Numbered from the stretch's first letter, positions 12,601-25,726 are shown. The stretch is 64,000 nucleotides of DNA from Phoronis australis (GCA_002633005.1 NMRA01000028.1:604183-668182); one strand, 5' to 3'. Notes: a model not told the origin generated them from the letters alone. Made by a program: numbers and translations.

Positions 12601-15600
12601 GATAAACTTGGGCAAAACAACAAATACTTTTGAGTGATATGCATGTACACACACGTCAGCAATATCTCCTGAAATTTCTGATGTTACCATAAAGAGCAGT
12701 CAGTGCAATAGTCTTTGCATTTTACTGAACATTGATAATTTGTGCCCATTAATCATTATTAAGTCAATTCATTTGTAATATGTTCTTTGTTGATGCTACA
12801 TTGAATGATTTATTTGTTCATTGTCTATATTTTGCATTGTTAACTTGTTTGTTCTTCAGATGTCAACACCACATCCTATCAAGAATCGCAAGAAGAATAA
12901 ACCAACGGCTACATCAACGGCAACAACAACAACAGTAAAGAAAGTGAAGCCACTAGTCAAGTCTTGGAGTGTTCCTGAGAACTTGAATCAGTCTGTGTTG
13001 TTAAACCAATCTGCTGCCAGTGGTATGTGCAACTTTGTGCCCAAATAACACACACCTTTGTAGACAAATTGAATGTACTGAGCTTTATCACGTTGTTGGT
13101 GAGAGCCAGGGCCCTCGATCCCATGAAATTGGAGGCTGAATATCGCCACCATTCCCCTCTCAAAAGTACTTTAAAATCACACAAAATTCCCCTCATCAGG
13201 TCAAAAAATCCNNNNCCCCCCCCCCCCTGAATGATCAAAAATCCCCCTCATGGTTTAAGCCTCAGACAACCTCAAATATATCGTATTCAAACCCACTGAC
13301 TTTAAGTCACGAGGCCACCAGACACCAGAAACATCACAAACTGGTTTCCTTATACAGCAATGCCACATAAAGGAGTGCAACGACCAGTTTTGCGTTACTT
13401 CACTCTCGTGTATTGAAAACACAAAACTTATAGAAGACTTCCATGCGTCTGCGGCTCAAAATGGCGCACAAACAAGTTCTATAAGAGGATAATTACGAAA
13501 AGTCTTGCGGCGGACCATAGAAACAAGCAGGGAGGTGTCTTTTCACAGATGAACTTGCTGTGCACTCCTCTCAGCAGCAGTCTCTTGCAGACCACATTTG
13601 AACACCTAGCTCATCACGATTATTCTGTGGGGTCAACAACTCTGTTAGCTAAGAACAGCTAAGCATTGCTCTTCATGTCTATTCGCTGAAGTGGAAGAAG
13701 TACTGAATGGCTAAATTTGAGGATGTGTGACACTATACACTGTTGGAAGATGAAACATTGTTTAGCTAAACCTTTATTGTGGCAGCACTGTTCCATACAA
13801 ACGTTACTTCACTCTAAGGTGTTGGTAGTGCTGGCATATTTAGTTTTGAAAGTTTTTTCCCCAATGTTTCCTAATTAGTCCATAGATCTGTGCTTGTGCA
13901 AAAATGAACCATTGTCTTGGTGCAACCTTCATAAGCCAAGCTGTGTGATGCTTGCTTATTTGCGGAAGCATAAAATAGTAATAAGCAGTACAGTAAATAA
14001 ACATCTCAAAAATTACCCTCTAAGTGAAAAACGACGCAGAAATTCCCCTTTTAGAAGGTACAGGCACCTTTCCTCAGATGAGTGAGGGCCCTGAGAACTG
14101 ACATGAACAAATGCTTGTAAGTTAACAGTTGTTTGAAATACTTGCTTCTGTAATATGTAGTTTTTACACCAATGTGCTTCAGGCAAAAGTCTATATGGAG
14201 GATCTGTGAGGTCTGAACACTCACTTTTTGTCATCAGACATTTTTGTATTCATAGAGTAACACGAAGCACTCCCGTGTTTGTCTATTACCAGATTTGACA
14301 ATTGTATTACTATGAACCTGACATCGAATGACGACCACTTCCAGACAGATCCGAGTACTAGTGTGCTCCCAGTGTCTATTTTAATTGTTTTACTTTTTGC
14401 CTGTGTAGCTTCAGAGTTCCTTGATGATGGCTTTCCTGTGACAGTTGTTGCATCTGCGGCTGTATCTCTTAAGAAACTCTTGCGGGATTTTTGTGAACAA
14501 TGCCTTGATGGATTTTCAAGAGATTTTAACAAATAAGATGCTATTAAGGAGATGATGAAGCATTCCCATTTTTATGCACCCACATATTTATATGTGGATG
14601 CATTATGCTGTCATCTGCATCCGTCCGTCCAGGCGGCGTCCGTCCGGCGTCTGCTGCTCTATCTCCAAAACCGATTGACATATGTTCATGAGTTTTTGCA
14701 CGTGTGTTCCTTTTGTAGATGGGACGGCATGAGTGAACTTACGGACGGATCCGACTACCGGTGTGCCCCCTAATGGCAATTTTAGTTTTTTACGTTTACC
14801 TCTGTATCTTCAAAGGTCCTCATCGTATTTTCATAAAATTTGGTATATAGGCATCTATTAGTGAAACGATGGTATCCTCCCGTTTTCGGGTGGATTGGAC
14901 ATAGTTTATACCACCTGGTGGCCATTTTTACTGTTTTCGAGTCTGTTTTTGACGTCCACCCCTCTATCAACCAAACCGCTTTTAAGCATGATTGTGAAAA
15001 TTGGCATGTATGTTCTTACTATGAGGAGGACGGTAAACAATGGTTTTCCGACTACTCTGACTACTGTGGCGCCTCCTCGTGGCAGTTTTTTTTGCGCCTA
15101 TGGCTGTATATCCTAAACTGTTTGCAGCATCTTTACTAAATTTAGTAAGTGCATTTATATGATGTTGATAGTGGATGACGACGACTTTCGGACAGATCTG
15201 ACTACTGGTGTGCCACCTAGTGGCAGTTTTATTTTTTTTATGTTTACCTCTGTATCTTCTAAGGTCCTCAATGTAATTTCATAAAATTTGTTGTACAGGC
15301 GACGCTATATTTCTGTTTTCAGATGGATTCGACCTAGTTTGTGCCACCTAGTGGCCATTTTTACTGTTTCTGAGTCTGTTTTTTGGCGTCCACCCCTCTA
15401 TCAACCAAACCGCTTTCAGGATAATTGTGAACATTGGCATGTATGTTTTTACTATGAAGTGGACAGCTGAGGATGATTTTCCGATGACTTCGATTACTGT
15501 GGCACCTCCTAGTTGCAGTTTCTTTTTTGCACCCATGGCTGTATCTCCTAAACCGTTTGCAGGATCTTTACTAATTTTAAGAAATGTGTTTATGATGTTG

Positions 15601-17229
15601 ACAATGGACGACGATGATTTTGGGATAGATCTGACTACTGGTATGCCCTCTGGTGGCAATTTTAGTTTTACGTTTACCTCAGATATTTTCAAAGGTCCTC
15701 AACAGATTTCATAAAATTTTGAATACGGGCATCTTTTGGCGAGATGACGCTATCCTCCCGTTTTCGGATGGAATCAAGGTACCTTGCGCCAGCTGATGGC
15801 CATTTTTGCTGTTTTCGAGTCTGTTTTTTGGTGTTTGCCTCTCTATCAACCAAATCATTCTAAGAATGGTTTTGAAAATTGGCGTATATGTGCTCAGTGT
15901 GAAGAGGACGGTTGATGATGACGACTTTGACTACTCTGGCGCCACCTAGTGATAGTTTTGTTTTGTTTTGCACCCATACCTGTATCTCCTAAACTCACTG
16001 CAGGATCTTTATTAAATTTAAGTAAGTGTATTTATATGAAGCTAACAACAGACATTGACGACTTTCAGGCGGATCCAACGAACACTGTGCCCCCTAGTGG
16101 CAATTTCATTTTATTCTGTTTTCCTTTGTTTCTCTGAAGTTCCGTGACGGACTTCTATGAAATTTGGTGTATAGCTTTCTATTAAGGAAGCAATGACATG
16201 TTCCCGTTTTCAGATGAATTGTATGTTTTTGTGCCATCTAGTGGCCATTTTTATGACACAAATAAGCAACCCTATAAGCACACCATTTGCGATGCATTCG
16301 TGGGCGCATTTCAACGCTCCGCGTTGCTCTTGTTGGATGAATTTGACCTATTGTAAGCCAGCTGGTGGCCTTTTCATTATTTTTGATGTTGGCCTCTCAA
16401 TTTGCCAAACCTCTAATATGATTGCCGTGTAAACTGGCATGTGTTCCTGTCCCTTTTGATAATTTTGGACAGGTCTGAGAACTGTGATACCACCTAGTTA
16501 GTGGCGGTTTTATTTTTTTGCCTGTGGCTCAATATCTACCCCTAATCCCTTTATGGGTCGCCATGAAATACAGTATGTATTCCTATTGAGGATAGTACAG
16601 CTGGCACCTATTGTTGGGACGACTCTGACTACTGTGGAGTGGAAACCTTGGTTTTCTTTGTGTTAATTTCGATATTTCTTAATTGGTACATGTTCATCAA
16701 ATTGGGCAAATATGTTACTATTCTGGAGACAATGACTCCTACCCGATTCAAGTTGGGTGCACCAAAAAACTGTGCCCCCTAGTGGTCTTTTATGTCTTGT
16801 TCATCTTCCACCTGGCTACATTGTCAGACTGCTTACAGATGTGTTTATGTTGAGGAGAGCCTTGCTTCCTTCTTTGCACTCCCTGGAGTCTTGTGTGTGT
16901 TTTAACTAGTAGTGCTTCTTTTGGTGCGAAGTACTGATCATCACTGTGTACAACTCACTCAGCGGACACATATCGGCACTGTGTGTTGCAGTTGTTAGTA
17001 AAACCAATGTAAAAAATGTTTGCTTTCCCTTTTAATTCCATTTTAGTTAATAGTCAATTGAGCTATTTGAGGATCATGTCCTGCAAGGAACTATTTCCCT
17101 AAGAACTGTGCAATTCCTAGTAAATTGTTGTCTTTTGTAGGCAGTACATGTGATGATATGAGTCTTACTCAGGCCAAAAGGTGGAGTGCTGCCGAGGACA
17201 TGGTTGGCAGGATGACTACGTTTTATGAG
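3637..17229 (+). CDS. Putative upstream exons encoding a long Ser/basic-rich N-terminal extension of the RhoGEF
   Basis: Exons 3637-4248 (phase 0/0, 204 codons), 7883-8012 (0/1), 9151-9230 (1/0), 12860-13022 (0/1) and 17141-17229 (1/0). Each has a pyrimidine-rich AG acceptor and a GT donor, and they chain without a stop into the phase-0 SH3 exon at 18428. No domain recognised. Confidence 0.65.
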
Positions 17230-20200
17230 GTGGGTAGTGTAGAGCAATGTTTGGATCTAGTAGTGATGTTGTTAGTGGATGTTTATACATCCTGTTACTT
17301 GTGTTGATCGGACCCTGAAGTCTCGAGTTTAAACACAAGTTTTGGGTTCGAGGTTGGCTTCATGTATTTTGTTATTGTTCCACATTAATGTTGATGTGAA
17401 TTCGTACAATGTGAAAACCCCACTATATGTTCCTTATTGTCACATTAATGTTGATGTGAATTCGTACAATGTGAAAACCCCACTATATGTTCCTTATTGT
17501 CACATTAATGTTGNTTTTCACTAATTCCCATGCTCGACTAACTGTCCACCCAATTATCCATGTGCTTGATTGCATATTTAAATATTTTGTTCATTCATCG
17601 GCTGATTATGACACTGGATTAGTCTTTAAAACACATCAGCTGTGTTAGTTAAAGTTCTGTAGGAACCTCAAAAGTGGCCAAATTTGACTTATTTCTGAAC
17701 GTCACATCTCAGAACTGGATGATCAGATTCACATGAAACTTTCACATCCCATGCTATACACTGGTCTCCGAATGGTTGTTAGGAATTCTTTTTCCACTTT
17801 TGCATGAGGGCTCTCAAAAATAAGACAAAACTAAAATGATAATATAGAAAACTGTTACAGGTTTTTAAAGACTTCATTTTGAACATTTATATCGAAGAAA
17901 CTTTGATACTGTTATTGATACCTTTGTTTTGCCATGGATGTGCCTTTCTTATTTTTGTAAATTTTACTAAAACGACATGGTCACGTGGTCCAGTTAATAC
18001 AAGATTGGTATGGAGTCAAAAATCAAATTCTACACCCTTTCTACTTTCAGAAGATATTTATGCATAATTTTGCTGAGTTAAAATTTATTATAGTTTTGTA
18101 AATAATTGGCTTAATACACCAAGTCTGTATAGTCCTGCTCCAAGTCAGTATAGTCCTACACCAAGTCTGCATATTCCTACACTAAGTCAGTATAGTCCTA
18201 CACCAAGTCTGCATATTCCTACACTAAGTCTGTATAGTCCTGCACCAAGTCAGTATAGTCCTACACCAAGTCTGCATATTCCTACACTAAGTCAGTATAG
18301 TCCTACACCAAGTCTGCATATTCCTACACTAAGTCTGTATAGTCCTGCACCAAGTCAGTATAGTCCTATGTAATGTTAAGACATGTCGCACACTCACTGA
18401 GAGGTACCATCATTTTATCTCATACAGATTAATTCGTTGACCTACGCTGAAGCATTGTGGGATCACGTGACGATGGACCAGGAGGAGTTAGGGTTCCGCG
18501 CTGGTGACGTGATCGAGGTGATCAACATGGCTGACAAGGACTGGTGGTGGGGTGTAGTGGAGGGTCTGCAGGGTTGGTTCCCAGCTGCCTTTGTTAGGGT
18601 GAGTTGTTTTGAGGTGTTGGCTGAGGGTGACAGGCCTTTTGAGCCGTATGTAAATGATTGATAATGTGCTTACTCAAATGAATAATTTTCTTGGAAATAA
18701 ATTTTATGTCAAGGGCATGAATAAACCTTGAAAATGTCAAAATTTGATAAATTGCTAAGCATCACACATAGGAATCTTAATCTAAGAAAATTTCCATGTG
18801 ATTTATGCTCTGTTCTTCTAAACATTCTAGACATTCTCATATATGAATTTTTACTTTGGCTAACTATGCAGATTTGCTCATAAGATTACTTGTCAGGGTA
18901 ATTTTAGTGTCTTCAGTATTTAGATTTTATATAGAAAATTATGGGTGAAATTGACAGGGATTGGACAAGCTCATTAATTAGATGGTTGTTTTGCTGTTCT
19001 TGTTACTAATTTTTTAAACATCACTTTCAACACAATTAACTTGTTTTTCCTTATTAAATGTCAAGATTCAACAAACAATAGCTGGACACAAAATTGATGA
19101 CTGTTTTTGACATTGCCTGTCATGTTCATTGTACTGACAGGTGTGATTAACAGTGTTCAGGTGTGACAGCAGATCAGAGCTGCCAGAATTAACTCAGTAG
19201 ACCATTCAGGGAGTAAACCCTGGGAATGGTAATCTGTGATAATCCTTTCTATTGTGTTGTCAGTATGGACTAGGACACAGACTCTTTGTAGACATACCTG
19301 TTTATGCCAGTATGGGCTGGGGCATAGACCCTGTGTAGACATATCATGTTTATGTTAGTAACAAGAGAAGACTGAGACGACAAGGACTCGATGTTCTGAG
19401 TCTGGACATTTGTTAAATTTATTCTATTCATTTTTTTATTAAAAATACACGTCATGTTCTGTTTTGGTTTTTATCAGTTGCGTGCTAATCAAGAGGACAC
19501 CGCGGAGGAGTTTGTGCAGAGGGTGAAAGATGGCGCTGTCGACACACAGACGGTGATGAGGCGGTACAGTGTGAGTTTTGTCAGCAAAGATCAGGCGCGG
19601 ACAAATGTGGTGAGGGAGATCCTGCAGGCTGAACGGGACTATGTGAAGCAACTCAATGATGTTGTGGAGGTACGTGGGCCGTGTTTGCTGGTGATTGGCC
19701 CAACTTGTCAAACACTCAAACTTACATCAAACGGGGAAGTTTTGAGCATGTTTGACTTGTGTGTGCAAAATCTTGATAGCTAATTCTAATTGTAAAGTGC
19801 TTAGCTTAGGCAGCTGTAGTAGAAGCTTGGGGATTATTGTATTTTGTGAAGCGTAATGATCTGAATATTTTATTAAACTTTTTTGTCTTGAGTTTGGTTG
19901 TTTCCTTACTTCAACAAATGTTGTTTGATATTGGCGTGACATGGAGCACAAATCAGTCTTGTGTATGATGACACCAGCTGCTAGACTATAAATGTGCCAG
20001 TTTTGTTTACCTCACTATGGAGTGTTCAGTTTGAATGCTGTATCGAGAAACCTGCATCCTGAAAAGAAAATATTTACTTTGAGCTTTATTGCACAAAGTG
20101 ATTGGTACCTGCGTTAAGTTTTCATAGCTGTTTTTGTATTTCAGGGTTACTTGTCCCAAGCTAGGAACAGGCCGGCCATGTTTTCTCCCGAGTCTATTTT

Positions 20201-23200
20201 TACCATATTTGGTAATATTGAGGAGCTACGTGATAGCAGCCAAGAGTTCCTGTACAAACTGGAGAAATGTATCGACCACAGCCACCTTCACCTGAGTGAG
20301 ATAGGACAGTGCTTCCTTAGCCATGTAAGTACTCTGGCAGAACTATGCAATGGTACAGTAAACTGCTATTTCTGGGTGTAATGTCTGTTAGGCAAGCTTT
20401 CTGCCATCACTTTTAATGTAAATGTAGAGACTTGGTTCATTTGATGTCATGAACAGTGTCCGTTAAGTGGTATAGACTTTATTGTACCACGGTGTTACCT
20501 GTTTATGTATGACTGTGTTGCATTTCAGCCTGTGTACATTAAGTGCAGTTAAAGCCACTTGTTTGCATACCTCTTACTAGTGATTGTTCTCTACATCCAA
20601 GGCTATATTCCCACTGTGTGACGAGCAGACCTGTTCTTTGTAATGCAATCATCTGGCCCTCTAGGGTTAGAAGAATAAGTCGCAGGTTTCAAATTTGAAA
20701 ATGTTATTTTGTGCGCCTGAACTGTGGAGCTAATATTCCGGTGACATTTTGATAATTACAGAGCAGTAACTTTGAGCTGTATTCAGACTACTGCAATAAC
20801 CAGCCTGCTGCCTGTGAAGAGCTGGGCAAACTACAACAGCAGGATAAATACAAACACTTCTTTGAGGTATGTAGTCCCTTTTTAACATGGTTATGTGGGT
20901 GAGTTTAATAGCATCTGACTATTTTAACGATTGTGCTTCAGTGAGTTGCCATTTAGAATGTAATCCAACGGGTAAGTTCATTCTTCTGGTCTGAAATTTT
21001 AGGCTTATTGTATGTTTTGTAGAAGCTAACTGCAAAATTGTTTCATACTTGCTGGTTTTAAGCATATGAAAATGAGAACATCTGACCTAAATGAATACAA
21101 ATTTTACGTAAACAAACGAGCAGAATTTTGAATCAGAGTATTAATTGTAACGTGAATGATACTGCTGTATGGGTTGTATAATGTTTTTGTGCTGAATGTT
21201 TTTGTTCGTGACTAGATTTACAGTTACCAATTGTGACTCCTGTATCATATTTAACCCAGTTTCTTTCCCTCCACCAGGCTTGCCGGCTATTACAACAAAT
21301 GATCGACATCCCCCTGGAGGGTTTCCTGCTCACTCCCATTCAGAAGATCTGCAAGTATCCCCTGCAGCTGGCTGAGCTGCTCAAGTATACCCACCCCCAG
21401 CATAGAGACTATATTCACCTGGAGAGGGCGCTAGTGAAGATGAAGAAAATGGCCATCTTCATCAACGAGCGGAAACGACGGATGGAGAGCATTGAGAAGA
21501 TAGCCGCCTGGCAGTCAACTGTTGAGGGGTGGGAGGTGAGAGTGTGCTCACCACTTTGGGGTTAATTCTAATCAATTTGCTGTACTTTGAATGTTCACCC
21601 AAATCTCATGAATTGAGTGCAAGATTTTTCAATGATCTATTGATAACCATTTAACGCAGTAAGAAAACCAATGAAAATATGTTTAGATGATATGCAACTG
21701 TGACCAGCTAGCTTTATCCAAAACTTGACTTTGAAATCAACCAGTCACATTGTGTGCAATTTGAAAGTTTGCTTGGTGTGTGTTTCACGCTTGGTCAAGT
21801 TTTTAGTTGAGTCTCTAGTTAGTTTGTTGGTCACAGGCTCTGGTTTACAGCTTTGATCTAAGTATGAGAAATACAAATGATCCCCTCCTGACACAGCTTG
21901 GATCAACCTCAGTCCCACCTTAGTGTGTTCATGCTTAACATGTATATCTGGTGAGTTAACCTTTCTGATACATGAACATTGTAGTGTAGTCTCCTTGCAT
22001 GTTTAGGTCAACTTGTATTTGTAGGGTGCTGATCTCTTAGACACAAGTAGCCAACTGATACACAGTGGAGATCTGAGTAAAGTCACCTCCAATGGATGGT
22101 CCCAGGAGAGGATTGTTTTCCTGTTTGATCATCTCCTAGTTTATTGTAAAAAGGTAAGCGTACCTGGAAGGTGGTGTGAATATAATTGATGTTTATTTGT
22201 ATGTTGTGTAAAAGGCCACCAGCCCACATATGCAATTATACAATACATTACAAAAATTCACATGTCTACATTGATTGTCCTGCTACCTGCTGCTAACAAT
22301 TACTCATTGAGCTAAATATAATTTATCACATTTTAGCGTGGCATTTTCTAAAGTTAAGTTCACAGTTCATGCTTACAATCTTGAAAGTTGTTAGACCGCA
22401 ATACATGAACCACCAACTTCGTATTCTTGCAAGAATCATGCTCGTAATTTTTGCGCAAAAGATATAACAAAATGAAAACTTGTTCACGTCAGGCTTTCTG
22501 CAGACATCGTCATCATGGCAACAAGTAGAGTCAATTACCAATTGATTACAATAGATAGCAAACTACTAGCAAATTAGTGAGACCTTATCCATGACCTTGT
22601 AACAGTGTTAAAGTGAGTTCACCCAATGCAGTAAACTTGCAATGTTATTTTGTTTTAATCATGTCTTTCAAAAGATTGATGATTGGTTACGTGATCGTTT
22701 TGGTTTACTTCCAGGATTTGTTAAAAAGAGGTAGCTTATACTTCAAAGGCAGGGTCAATATGGATACCTGTGATGTGATATCAATAGAAGACGGGCGAGG
22801 TGAGTAGTTGAAACAATCGGATGATAGCTTTATTCTGTATTACAGCTGTTTTGATGTGAGTAATTGTGGGTACGCTGCGCATTCTCAACTACAAAAGTTT
22901 CAATAAACATGCACATTAAAAAATTATGACAGAAATAAGTTAACCTGGTACTCAGGACTTCTATGCTATGTTGCGTCCTCGCCATGCATTTCAGTTTTTT
23001 CATATTTGTAAAATCCTCAAGTAGTGGTGGTCTAAAAACAGTAGATATTTCCATTCAGTTGGCCTCTGGTGTAACAAAAGGTTAAGCAGTGCTCGCCCTT
23101 TCACTGGCTGTTTCAAAAATGACAGACCAGGACTCCGTGCTTAATCTCCGCACTAGAATCCAAATAATATTTGACATTTTTGTTTTTCAGTACAAACTTC

Positions 23201-24843
23201 AGTTATTAAGCATATGTTTTTGTAGATGAATGTTTCATCTTAGTTCCCACTTGGTGAGCCTGGCATTAAGGCTGCAGTTTCAAGTTGGAACTCAGAACCT
23301 CAAAATGTAAACTTAAGTTGGTAGCATAAATGTAAGGAAAAGTAATATGACCTATAAGTTGCATACAAATTAAACCCCACTCACCCCGATAACCTGCCGA
23401 CAGCACATTACTACACCCTTTGTGTTTAGAATGCAATAAACCTAATCTGATGGAAATAATTACCAGGTGCACTACATTCTAATTAAGGGGCACTTGAAAT
23501 CCCTTTATCAATACCTTGTTGGTGCCAGAGTTCTTTTGATGTCCTAAGAGACTGTAAAGTATCTCATCTAGACTAGTCTTGGTGTAGCAAGGTCCTTAAA
23601 CGCTATTCCCATTTCGTGAATCTTTGTTAACTGTGATGTACTCGAGCACTCAACCTTGTCTGTGTGTCTGTTGGTCTCCACTAGTTAACACATGTCTGTG
23701 CTTGTAGACGCAGACTTTGGTGCTAGTGTGAGGAATGCTGTCAAATTGCACGACCGTGAGAAAGACAAGTGGTATCTGCTGCACGCAAAGACGTCGTCGG
23801 AGAAACACAAATGGCTGGCAGCATTTGAACGTGAAAGGCGATGTGTACAAGAGGATATGGAGAGTGGTAAGGGGGTGTGCTTAGTGGGGAAGGAGTGCAG
23901 ACACTGGCAAAAATAGAAGTTCAAGTAGTACATAGATTTGATTCTTAAAAATTAGGTTCTTTGTCATTACTGGTACTATTACAGCTGGGTATTGTGTCAA
24001 CTTGTACCCTTGAGATTACAATCTTCTGGGGGGCAATATGCATGATGTTTGTGCATAAATTTCATAATCTTAAATTTGTTTTTCTGCAGGGTTGAAGTTA
24101 CCCAAAGTGTCAAAAATGCTTACAACATCTCTGCCAGAGAAGCCAAAAGGTGACTTGACTTATATATGTTATGGTACTATATAATACGATAATAGTCTAA
24201 TATAATGTGCCCACGTTTTGAGAACCAGTTTTGTCCACTGAATAACTGGCATCAACTGGTTCTCTAAATACGGGCACATTACATCAGACTATTGCTATAT
24301 AATACTACAGTGGTATTATTTTCATGGTTTCAGTAACAAGTTTCTTTGACAGACATAGTTTGGCTGAAAATTTTGTCATCGTTGTTGTGTGGAGAACTCT
24401 TTAAGGTTGTTAGGCATCACAAAGCATCTGCGTTTACTGGTCTTGTTATTGTTTACAGCATTTCTGTATTGGAACATGTGCAATCAGAATATCAAATAGC
24501 AGAACAGTCAAGTATTTCAAATCTTTCTATTTGTCTGCCACTTGACATTAAAACTGGAGAATACTCAAAATATATCCCATGCACCGAAAAATCGTGGAAA
24601 ATGAAAAAAAGTGTGATTTTGCAATAAGTGAAGAATTATGATCTCTTTATGTTTCAAGGTAAAAATATAAAGGGTCACCGCAATACATACTCCAACAAGA
24701 GCTGTGAGAGTCCTGCCAATGCTCCTGTCTCTGTTCCTGTCCGCTCTGTTACGTTACCTCGGGCCATCTCAAGTCAAGACTATAACAACAAGCATAAGAA
24801 ACAGAACTGGTTCAACTTTGGTTGGAAAAAGTCAAAGAAATGA
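3637..24843 (+). CDS. SPATA13: SH3-DH-PH Rho guanine nucleotide exchange factor of the Asef2/Asef/collybistin (SPATA13/ARHGEF4/ARHGEF9) family; multi-exon, 5' end unresolved
   Basis: Core exons, all phase-compatible: 18428-18598 (SH3: [25 protein letters not shown]...DWWWG...GWFPAAFVR), 19478-19669 (LRANQED...[19 protein letters not shown]), 20145-20324, 20762-20866 ([10 protein letters not shown]), 21278-21535 ([38 protein letters not shown]), 22025-22153 ([12 protein letters not shown]), 22715-22799, 23708-23866, 24090-24149, 24659-24843 (AAG acceptor, TGA stop). These motifs match the recalled family sequences. The invertebrate gene is probably co-orthologous to all three vertebrate paralogues, so the symbol is nominal. 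Confidence 0.9.
4304..6687. mobile_element. Non-autonomous DNA transposon, Sola2-like
   Basis: Termini GGGCAATT...AATTGCCC, a perfect 4-bp TSD AGAA on both sides, repeated internal (C/G)TCC(G/A)TCAC motifs, and no transposase ORF. Confidence 0.65.
8983..9133. repeat. ~50-bp tandem repeat, 3 copies, just upstream of a splice acceptor
   Basis: Unit GTGTTAGCCCACAGTGGATACACTGGAACATGGAGTGGTTAGTGAA; the array ends 17 nt before the exon at 9151. Confidence 0.9.
10983..11294. mobile_element. MITE with 14-bp terminal inverted repeats
   Basis: GTGGCACGTTCAAT at 10983 and ATTGAACGTGCCAC ending at 11294; no clear TSD. Confidence 0.5.
13107..14093. mobile_element. Non-autonomous hAT-like element with a 5-bp TSD
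   Basis: TIR CAGGGCCCTC...GAGGGCCCTG, flanks AGAGC/AGAAC, and subterminal ATTCCCCT motifs at both ends. Confidence 0.6.
14569..16334 (+). mobile_element. Helentron-associated (HINE/DINE-1-like) element with an internal ~145-bp tandem array organised as ~440-bp trimers
   Basis: 5' TTTTTATG plus hairpin CACCCACATATTTATATGTGGATG, a (CCGT)n microsatellite, about 11 diverged subunits, and a 3' end CAACGCTCCGCGTTGCTCTTGTT (stem-loop). More degraded subunits lie at about 14290-14400 and 16345-16790. Confidence 0.7.
17381..17513. repeat. Perfect 60-bp tandem repeat (about 2.2 copies) truncated by an assembly gap
   Basis: CACATTAATGTTGATGTGAATTCGTACAATGTGAAAACCCCACTATATGTTCCTTATTGT is repeated; N at 17514. 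Confidence 0.9.
18116..18367. repeat. 21-bp minisatellite, 12 copies
   Basis: Variants of ACACCAAGTCTGTATAGTCCT, ending 60 nt before the SH3 exon acceptor. Confidence 0.95.
24191..24293. mobile_element. ~100-bp hairpin (foldback) MITE
   Basis: ~40-bp arms AATAGTCTAATATAATGTGCCC...GAGAACCAGTT and AACTGGTTCTC...GGGCACATTACATCAGACTATT. Confidence 0.65.
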
Positions 24844-25726
24844 CTATCTGGTGCCGTACTTGTAAAAATACTGGGTACAAGAGCTAACTTGAATACATTA
24901 AAATTTTAAAACGTAGTGCATGAAAATCCCAGTATTAGAATGGTGCTCAGCAATCAGGATTCTAATTAATAGTATGTCTATTCCAGTGTAATAACGCCTT
25001 TCACAGTTATCACCACATTCACTAGTGTACATTTGTGCATCCTCCCTACTAAAAGAGACCAAATAATGTGTTTTTAGTTGAAAACAGTGGAAATGAAAAG
25101 ATATTTTATTGATTTTGAATTTTCACTGTATTCTAGTCAATCGTTTTTTCGTCATTGCAAAAATGTACAGATGTTCCTGGAATGTACTCAGAATTATGGC
25201 GACATAAAGTTTTTGAGTGTTTTATCAGACTTGTTAACAATGTGAAAAATAATAGACAAGAAATTTAATATTTTCTATTTGCATCGCCATTTTGTGATGT
25301 CAAAGCCATACACTAAGAGCAATCTCCGAACCCTCCCTCCATCTCTGAATTGAAGCATACTTTTTGCACACTCATGAAAGTAGCTCTAGAGCAAATTCTT
25401 GTAAAACTGTCACCAGTATTACATTCACTCATCTCTGCACACAAGTTATTACACTCTGCATTTGTAAAGATCATATCCTATTTATACATACTTAAATTAC
25501 TACATCTACACTTGCCATTAGTTATCAATATATTATCAGTTGTTTACTCAAATTTACCTTATGACAGAATATTCTATTTGACAAAGTCATCCAATGTACC
25601 TAAGGATAGATTTATAAGAGAACAAACTAGTTTACTGGACTGTTAACTTTAGTAATATGTTTGTGATTTGTGCATTCCACACACTGTGCTTGTCGCTGCT
25701 TTTTCAACTATGAACAATATTTATGT

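Noticed and set aside
14221-16432. Cluster of 60-114 aa ORFs with mutually similar translations (also 57706-58667)
   Set aside because: These are translations of a non-coding tandem array; frames break between units and no domain is recognisable.
18116-18367. Short regularly repeated units resembling a CRISPR array (also 39617 and 59640)
   Set aside because: No unique spacers, no cas genes and a eukaryotic intronic context; these are ordinary minisatellites.
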